This document shows positions 32,407 to 37,425 of a DNA stretch of 37,425 bases, piece after piece. Under the pieces are notes generated by a model. It was given only the letters and a program-made list of their open reading frames with translations. It was not told where the DNA came from and did not search any database. Source of the stretch: an uncultured Gammaproteobacteria bacterium (GTDB taxonomy: Bacteria > Patescibacteriota > Patescibacteriia > Patescibacteriales > Patescibacteriaceae); assembly GCA_964435085.1 (NCBI GenBank), contig CAYSXQ010000005.1:7765-45189 (forward strand), given 5' to 3'. The position numbers and the translations under genes were made by a program. Numbering within the stretch: the stretch's first letter is position 1; every line of letters begins with the position of its first letter.

Positions 32407-34071
32407 ATGGAAGAGCTTTGCCAAAAAACAGAGACTAAGACTAAATATATCTTTGTCGTCGGTGGCGTCATGTCTGGCGTCGGCAAAGGTATCTCTGCCG
32501 CTTCTATCGGCCGCATCATGATTAGCAAAGGCTTCAAGGTTAGCGCTATCAAGATCGATCCTTACATTAACGTCGATGCTGGTACTATGAATCCAGTTGA
32601 GCACGGCGAAGTCTTCGTCACTGATGACGGCGACGAAACTGATCAAGACATCGGCAACTACGAAAGGTTCCTCGGTCAAAACATCTACCGCGAAAGCTAC
32701 ATGACTACTGGTCGCGTCTATCAGTCCGTCATCCAGAAAGAACGCAACCTCGAGTACAAAGGTCAATGCGTGCAAGTCATTCCTCACATTCCTAATGAAG
32801 TCCGTGAGCGTATTGCCAAGGCTGTCGAAAAGACCGGTGCTGAAATTATGATCATCGAAATCGGTGGCACTGTCGGCGAGTATGAAAACTTACTATTCCT
32901 CGAAGCTGCTCGCTACATGCATCTTGACCATCCTGACAATGTTCTCTTTGTCATGGTCACTTATTTGCCTATCCCTTCGAAGCTCGGTGAAATGAAAACT
33001 AAACCGACTCAACACGCCGTCCGCGCTCTTAATAGCGCCGGCATCCAGCCTGATTTCATCATTGCTCGCGCCGAGGTGCCTCTTGATGAACCTCGTCGCA
33101 AGAAGATTGCTGTTCACTGCAATGTCACCAGTGCCGATGTCATTAACGCTCCTGACATTGAAACTATCTACGATGTCCCGCTTAACTTCGAAAAAGACGG
33201 TCTCGGTGATCGCATTCTCCATAAGTTCAATCTCGAACCACGAGCCACTAATCTTGATGACTGGCGCGCCATGGTTGAGCGCGTCAAAGACGGTGAAAAG
33301 ACCGTCAAAGTTGGTATTGTCGGTAAGTACTTTGCTTCCGGTGACTTCTCACTGTCGGACTCTTACATTAGCGTCATCGAGGCTATCAAGCACGCCGCTG
33401 CCGCTAATCACTGCCGCGTGCAACTAACTTGGCTTTCTGCTGAAGAGCTAGAAACTAAAGGTGTCGAACATCTCAAGGCCTTTGATGGTCTAATTATTCC
33501 ACAGGGCTGGGGGAGTCGTGGCAGTGAAGGCAAGATCAAAGCCATTGAATATTGCCGCGTTAACAAAGTCCCATACTTCGGTCTCTGCTATGGTATGCAA
33601 ATGGCTGTCATCGAGTACGCTCGTCATGTCCTAGGTCTATCTGATGCTCATAGTGCCGAAGCCGAACCAAGTACTTACAATCCTGTCATCCACATCATGC
33701 CTGAGCAAGCCGAGCTCCTTGCTAAGAAGCAATACGGTGGCACCATTCGCCTCGGCGCTTGGCCTTGTGAGCTTAAAGCTGGCACACATCTGGCTAAGGC
33801 TTACGCTAATAAATTCGGCACGGAGACAATTATCTCCGAGCGTCATCGTCATCGCTATGAATTTAATAATGCCTATCGCAAACAGCTTGAAGAAGCTGGT
33901 CTAGTTGTTAGTGGTACTAGTCCTGACGACAAGATAGTTGAAGCTATCGAAATAGCTGATCATCCTTTCTTCATCGGTACGCAGTTTCATCCTGAATATA
34001 TTTCCAAGCCCTTAGATCCGCATCCGCTCTTTGTGGAGTTTGTGAAAATTTGTTTGAGTTTAGTGAAATAA
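32407..34071 (+). CDS. pyrG: CTP synthase
   Basis: 554 aa with KYIFVVGGVMSGVGKGI, KIDPYINVDAGTMNP.EHGEVFVT.DG.ETDQDIGNYERF, the GATase motif GLCYGMQ and QFHPE. Confidence 0.97.
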   Translation: MEELCQKTETKTKYIFVVGGVMSGVGKGISAASIGRIMISKGFKVSAIKIDPYINVDAGTMNPVEHGEVFVTDDGDETDQDIGNYERFLGQNIYRESYMTTGRVYQSVIQKERNLEYKGQCVQVIPHIPNEVRERIAKAVEKTGAEIMIIEIGGTVGEYENLLFLEAARYMHLDHPDNVLFVMVTYLPIPSKLGEMKTKPTQHAVRALNSAGIQPDFIIARAEVPLDEPRRKKIAVHCNVTSADVINAPDIETIYDVPLNFEKDGLGDRILHKFNLEPRATNLDDWRAMVERVKDGEKTVKVGIVGKYFASGDFSLSDSYISVIEAIKHAAAANHCRVQLTWLSAEELETKGVEHLKAFDGLIIPQGWGSRGSEGKIKAIEYCRVNKVPYFGLCYGMQMAVIEYARHVLGLSDAHSAEAEPSTYNPVIHIMPEQAELLAKKQYGGTIRLGAWPCELKAGTHLAKAYANKFGTETIISERHRHRYEFNNAYRKQLEEAGLVVSGTSPDDKIVEAIEIADHPFFIGTQFHPEYISKPLDPHPLFVEFVKICLSLVK

Positions 34072-34076
34072 ATAAT

Positions 34077-34108
34077 AAAAACAGCTCGTGATTTGCGAGC
34101 TGTTTTTT
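34077..34108 (+). terminator. Intrinsic terminator after pyrG
   Basis: acagctcg (34081-34088) pairs with cgagctgt (34096-34103) and is followed by ttttt. Confidence 0.85.
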
Positions 34109-34135
34109 AATGTCAAATATCTAAATACTTCTACT

Positions 34136-34250
34136 CTGTCATGCTGGAGCGTAACGTAGTGAAGCGATAGCATCCCGTTGCGATTTGGATAAAGGTTGCT
34201 TTTTGGCACGGGATTCTATCGTTGTGCTACGCTTCACTCCAGAATGACAG
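34136..34250. repeat. Long imperfect palindrome (43-nt arms, 29-nt loop) between convergent pyrG and the ABC-F gene
   Basis: The left arm is ctgtcatgctggagcgtaacgtagtgaagcgatagcatcccgt. The reverse complement of the right arm is ctgtcattctggagtgaagcgtagcacaacgatagaatcccgt. They are identical at 34 of 43 positions, and 3 of the mismatches would be G-U pairs in RNA. Confidence 0.7.
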
Positions 34251-34261
34251 AATTCTTTATG

Positions 34262-36007
34262 CTAGTTCGCTTTCATCAACCACTCATTCTCTGTCTCTAC
34301 AATGCTTCGATCCAAATCACTCAAAATCATCATCTTCTCCGCATTATAATTCGTCGGGTTATTAGAAAAATACTCCACAATCTCCTCACGCTGTTTTCTA
34401 AGTTTCGCAAGTTTCTTCTCAATACTAGCCAGCTCCTTAGCGGCCAATTTTTTATCCAGATAAAGCTGCTGCTTGCTATTATCAGAAACTTTTTCCGCCA
34501 CCTCATTATTTTGATTATTAATTTTATTCTCAAGCTCCTCAATGTAGTCTTCGTAATCCTGAAATCTCCGTCTCGCTTCACCGTTTTCAATCTGCACCAG
34601 GCCTGTGGCAATCAAATTAGCAAAGGTTCGATCGTGACTAGTGAAGATTATCGCACCAGTAAATTTAGCCAAAGCTTGACCTAGCGCTTCGACGGTTTCA
34701 AAGTCCAAATGACTAGTCGGTTCGTCCATGATCAAGATATCCGGCTTGGATAATAAAATCCCGGCTAGTTGCAGTCGTGACTTCTCGCCACCGGAGAGCA
34801 CTGAGACCGGTTTCTTCTGCGCTTCTTCATCAAAGAGAAAGTCACCGGCCATCTTCAGTACTGCTTCGGTCTTAATCTCTGGCGCCGCAAGTCTTCGCAA
34901 ATAAACGCCTACTTGCTCGTTGCGATCTAATATTTCTAAGCTATCTTGCGCATGATAGGCGAGTGTCGCCGCGCTATACCAATGAAAGGATCCGCCCAAG
35001 CTATCCAAGTGACCAGCTAAAGTTTTCAGCAAGGTCGTCTTACCTTGACCATTTTGACCAAGCACCAAGAGGCGCTCACCAAAAGTCATTTCAAAATTAA
35101 TATTAGGCACTAAAACTTTGTCATCATAACCAATGCTTAAGTTCTTGACCCGCAAAGCTAGGTTCTTGCGCTTTGGTACTGGCGGCAAGACAATACGGGT
35201 AATGCCAGCTTCATGTTCAATAGTAATGCGCTTCGCCTCCAGCTTATCAATCTTCCGAATCATCGCTTGCGCTTGCTTGGCTTTCGATGCACTAGCGCGA
35301 AAGCGATCCACGAAACTCTGCAAATGTTCTTGCTGACGGGCGAGACCCTGATTTTGCTTGATCAGCGTCGATTGCTTCTGTTCTTTAAAGGCTAGATATT
35401 CTTCCAGTGGTCCTGGATAATGATAATAGCCACCCTCATAAATTTCCAAAGTCTCCTCGCAAGTCTTTTTAATAAATTCGCGATCATGGGAAATAATCAC
35501 AAAGCTGCCTTTATAAGTTTTTAAATAATTCTCGAGTAAGAGTAAAGTGTTTAAGTCAAGATAGTTAGTCGGCTCATCGAGCAAAAATAAATTAGGCTGC
35601 GTCAGTAACATGGCCACGATCTTCAGACGCATGCGCCAACCACCAGACAGTTGGCGAGCCTCTAAAGCTAATTTCTCCTCACCAATCTCAAAACGTGCCG
35701 CCAATTTCTTCGCCGTCCAGACAGCTTGTCCGCTCATACGCATGAGATAGTCTAGACTGTTCTCGCCCTCCAGCCAGTCATTCTCCTGATTAATCTTCCC
35801 CAGCTTCGTCTCGGTACTAATAATCACCGAGCCACTATCGCTCTGCTCCTCGCCAGTGATAATCCGAAACAAAGTTGATTTGCCTGCGCCATTACGCCCA
35901 ATCACGCCGATCTTTTGCTTCTCGTGAATACTAAAATTAAAGTCAGTAAAAATTTCCTGCCGTCCGTAACTTTTAGATAAATTGTTGGTCTGTAATAGAA
36001 TGCTCAT
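34262..36007 (-). CDS. ABC-F family ATPase (ribosome-associated translation factor type) with a C-terminal coiled-coil
   Basis: 581 aa. Two NBDs carry GRNGAGKST and GQNGQGKTT (Walker A), two LSGG signatures (LSGGWRMRL, LSGGEKSRLQLA) and DEPTN/DEPTS Walker B motifs. There are no TM segments. The tail is Lys/Glu-rich. Confidence 0.9.
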   Translation of the reverse strand: MSILLQTNNLSKSYGRQEIFTDFNFSIHEKQKIGVIGRNGAGKSTLFRIITGEEQSDSGSVIISTETKLGKINQENDWLEGENSLDYLMRMSGQAVWTAKKLAARFEIGEEKLALEARQLSGGWRMRLKIVAMLLTQPNLFLLDEPTNYLDLNTLLLLENYLKTYKGSFVIISHDREFIKKTCEETLEIYEGGYYHYPGPLEEYLAFKEQKQSTLIKQNQGLARQQEHLQSFVDRFRASASKAKQAQAMIRKIDKLEAKRITIEHEAGITRIVLPPVPKRKNLALRVKNLSIGYDDKVLVPNINFEMTFGERLLVLGQNGQGKTTLLKTLAGHLDSLGGSFHWYSAATLAYHAQDSLEILDRNEQVGVYLRRLAAPEIKTEAVLKMAGDFLFDEEAQKKPVSVLSGGEKSRLQLAGILLSKPDILIMDEPTSHLDFETVEALGQALAKFTGAIIFTSHDRTFANLIATGLVQIENGEARRRFQDYEDYIEELENKINNQNNEVAEKVSDNSKQQLYLDKKLAAKELASIEKKLAKLRKQREEIVEYFSNNPTNYNAEKMMILSDLDRSIVETENEWLMKAN

Positions 36008-36015
36008 AATTTGCT

Positions 36016-36024
36016 ATGATAACA
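36016..36024 (-). promoter_or_regulatory. Extended -10 promoter (TGtTATCAT) ending 8 nt before the ABC-F ATG
   Basis: The minus strand reads ttgttatcat-agcaaatt-ATG. This is the same architecture as at 2798-2818. Confidence 0.45.
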
Positions 36025-36034
36025 AAGAAATTTG

Positions 36035-36072
36035 AAAAAAAATAGCCCTACTCTCACGATGGAAAGTAGGGC
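36035..36072 (-). terminator. Intrinsic terminator overlapping the 3' end of the upstream hypothetical CDS
   Basis: gccctact (36045-36052) pairs with agtagggc (36065-36072). On the minus strand the stem is followed by cta plus T8 (the A-run at 36035-36042 on the plus strand). Confidence 0.7.
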
Positions 36073-36647
36073 CTTAGTTCGTAGTCACTACGAGCTGCTA
36101 CCGCCTTGTATACTGGGGAAGCATCGAAAGCAAAGGCATATTTTTGCTTGCCTAGATCTTTGGTCTCGCTTGATAGAAGCTCTAGAGCGGTACGATTTTG
36201 CTTGCGCAGGTCTTGATACTGATATAGTCCAAGTAGTTCTGGTGTGAAGCGAGAGTGTCTGATAATGGGCTTGTTCATCATGATTATTTTATCAGCCTCC
36301 AAATCAGCTAATTCTGCCTTGCCGACCTGTTCACAAAGTAAGCAGTATTGTTCAAGGCTAATAGTCCCGAAGCTTAATCTTTTGGATATCTTTTCTAGGG
36401 TACTAAGTAGAGCTATCTTGAGATCTGCCTCGGTGTTTTTGATGATAGCTATCTGATAACGTAGACCGTTAGTTGCAATAAATCTATCTGACAGTAATTC
36501 TTCCTGTATTTGCTCAGGAATTATCATCTTTCTCTTTCTAAAGCGTCTTAGCCACTGTTTGCCTGATCTGCCACTTGTTGCGTCTAGTCTTAGGTAAGAG
36601 ATGAGTTCATTTAGCCTAGTTGGCTCTGTTTCTCTTGAGCTATTCAT
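36054..36647 (-). CDS. Hypothetical protein (197 aa), no family recognised
   Basis: The ORF is open to 36722. ATG 36647 is preceded by AAAGGAG with a 6-nt spacing, whereas the longer version would run into the upstream terminator T-tract at 36721-36730. A basic patch, KQWLRRFRKRK, lies near the N-terminus. Confidence 0.6.
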   Translation of the reverse strand: MNSSRETEPTRLNELISYLRLDATSGRSGKQWLRRFRKRKMIIPEQIQEELLSDRFIATNGLRYQIAIIKNTEADLKIALLSTLEKISKRLSFGTISLEQYCLLCEQVGKAELADLEADKIIMMNKPIIRHSRFTPELLGLYQYQDLRKQNRTALELLSSETKDLGKQKYAFAFDASPVYKAVAARSDYELRPYFPS

Positions 36648-36720
36648 CACTGACTCCTTTGATATGTTAAAGATACTATTTATTATGCTGTCAACAATGC
36701 TATGTTTATCAAAAAATGTC

Positions 36721-36752
36721 AAATAAAAAACCGATCTTATTGTAAGATCGGC
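36721..36752 (-). terminator. Intrinsic terminator after the micro-ORF
   Basis: ccgatctta (36731-36739) pairs with taagatcgg (36743-36751). On the minus strand it is followed by ttttttattt. Confidence 0.85.
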
Positions 36753-36758
36753 TCCTAG

Positions 36759-36851
36759 TTAATTACTGCAGGATACCGCTAATAGCAAGATCGCAACAGT
36801 GGTCATTATTGCCAAGGCACCAGTTAGTTTCGCCAGCTGTCGCTCACTCAT
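36759..36851 (-). CDS. 30-aa single-TM micro-protein (MSERQLAKLTGALAIMTTVAILLLAVSCSN), absent from the ORF track
   Basis: I translated it by hand from the minus strand. The ATG overlaps the TGA of the upstream 146-aa gene (ATGA). AAGGAG lies 7 nt upstream, the core is hydrophobic, and a strong terminator follows directly. Confidence 0.55.
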   Translation of the reverse strand: MSERQLAKLTGALAIMTTVAILLLAVSCSN

Positions 36852-37288
36852 GCCAGTACTCCTTTTTTGCTTTCATTCATTTCCCGGTCATTTGTTCTTA
36901 AATTTAATAAGGCTTCATTGCTTATCACGGCTACATCATTAATGCCAAAGTTATCTCCTAGCCATTTTTTAGCACTTTTCCATTCGCCAGCCTCATAAAA
37001 GAAGTAAGGCACTTGTTGGCCGAGCGGTAGAAGTGGGCCCAAGCCTTTCCAAGCAAATAGGTTTAAGCCTTGCCAAGATTCTGGAACTTCATTCGCTTTG
37101 GCTAAAATTAGCCCTAAATACTCCTTATTTACTAACAATTTTTGATTTGGTAGTTCTTGGAAGAGGTCGTAGCCACTTATAAGCTTATTATTCTTTTGCT
37201 CTTTGTGGCGGTAGAAATCAATCCTATTAATCATTTGTGAGCGTACTGAGATAGTCTCGCCAGCACCCTGGAATTGCTTAATAGACAT
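36848..37288 (-). CDS. Hypothetical protein (146 aa), no family recognised
   Basis: The ORF has a strong SD (AAAGGAG, 6 nt before the ATG) and a near-consensus promoter upstream. The central region is Trp/Gly/Pro-rich (WQGLNLFAWKGLGPLLPLGQQVPYFFYEAGEWKSAKKWLG). Confidence 0.7.
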   Translation of the reverse strand: MSIKQFQGAGETISVRSQMINRIDFYRHKEQKNNKLISGYDLFQELPNQKLLVNKEYLGLILAKANEVPESWQGLNLFAWKGLGPLLPLGQQVPYFFYEAGEWKSAKKWLGDNFGINDVAVISNEALLNLRTNDREMNESKKGVLA

Positions 37289-37335
37289 AGTGTCTCCTTT
37301 ATATAGTTATCAAAAAACAATTAATCTAAGTCATA

Positions 37336-37364
37336 TTTATAATACTTTTAGATTAACTTGTCAA
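37336..37364 (-). promoter_or_regulatory. Near-consensus sigma70 promoter (TTGACA-17-TATAAA) for the 146-aa gene
   Basis: On the minus strand, TTGACA is the reverse complement of 37359-37364. A 17-nt spacer follows, then TATAAA (reverse complement of 37336-37341), about 48 nt upstream of the ATG. Confidence 0.6.
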
Positions 37365-37379
37365 TATTGGCTAGTAACC

Positions 37380-37409
37380 TTGACATTTCCAAAAATTTAT
37401 GTTTATATT
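37380..37409 (+). promoter_or_regulatory. Divergent plus-strand promoter (TTGACA-18-TATATT) pointing out of the window
   Basis: ttgaca at 37380-37385 and tatatt at 37404-37409. The gene it would serve lies beyond the window end. Confidence 0.4.
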
Positions 37410-37425
37410 AGCCCATAAAGTTTAG

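Noticed and set aside
32368-32787. 139-aa minus-strand ORF antisense to the 5' end of pyrG, plus other antisense ORFs in pyrG (32893-33222, 33062-33427, 33637-33904)
   Set aside because: pyrG is unambiguous on the plus strand. The antisense ORFs have odd composition and no expression signals.
34196-34684. 162-aa plus-strand ORF overlapping the palindrome and the 3' end of the ABC-F gene
   Set aside because: It runs antisense to a strongly supported ABC-F CDS. It begins inside the long hairpin, and its product is low-complexity and Leu/Ile/Arg-rich.
36648-36722. Longer N-terminal extension of the 36054 gene (tracked start 36722)
   Set aside because: The extension would start inside the T-tract of the upstream terminator and has no SD. 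ATG 36647 has an AAAGGAG SD at ideal spacing.
1-37425. CRISPR arrays, tRNA/rRNA genes, transposases, integrases or prophage genes that might explain the compositional trough
   Set aside because: I found no regularly spaced direct repeats, no tRNA-like cloverleaf or T-loop motif, and no recombinase-like ORF. The only repeats are the two palindromic intergenic elements reported above.
1-37425. Alternative genetic code (for example UGA as a sense codon, as in some candidate phyla)
   Set aside because: Long uninterrupted ORFs with family-typical lengths are obtained under the standard code. TGA terminates several genes exactly at ATGA/GTGA coupling junctions.

Overview
This is a low-GC bacterial window using the standard genetic code; TGA, TAA and TAG all act as stops. 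The gene content and compact style suggest a small-genome uncultivated lineage such as Patescibacteria/CPR, but that is inference only. I support 36 CDS. I recognised no rRNA, tRNA, CRISPR array, transposase or integrase.

Layout, left to right:
- HU gene.
- Type IV pilus genes: pilC, a major pilin, and a Wzy_C (O-antigen-ligase / protein O-oligosaccharyltransferase family) membrane protein with a TPR tail.
- A divergent pair: a Nudix hydrolase and a clear GDP-mannose 3,5-epimerase homologue.
- A single-strand, tightly packed glycan locus of about 25 kb. It holds a Wzm/Wzt ABC exporter with a Wzt C-terminal glycan-binding extension, about 11 glycosyltransferases (GT2, GT4, GT9, two GT11, two CgeB-like, one HlpA-like, one GT-C), 3-4 methyltransferases, a formamido/amido amino-sugar module and a 6-deoxy-sugar module.
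- Prepilin peptidase pilD, then pyrG.
- A convergent ABC-F ATPase and two small orphan operons on the minus strand, including an untracked 30-aa membrane micro-ORF.

Main hypothesis: the window encodes a pilus-linked protein O-glycosylation system. The pilin ends in a C-terminal Ser and is followed directly by the Wzy_C/TPR enzyme, and the whole glycan locus is bracketed by pilus genes.

Secondary observations:
- A possible GDP-L-galactose/L-gulose route feeding the two GT11 enzymes.
- A nested palindromic repeat around the pilC terminator.
- A 115-nt imperfect hairpin between pyrG and the ABC-F gene.
- Near-leaderless TGnTATNAT promoters.
- Consensus divergent promoters.

All functional calls come from motif recognition by eye. 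No database search was run.
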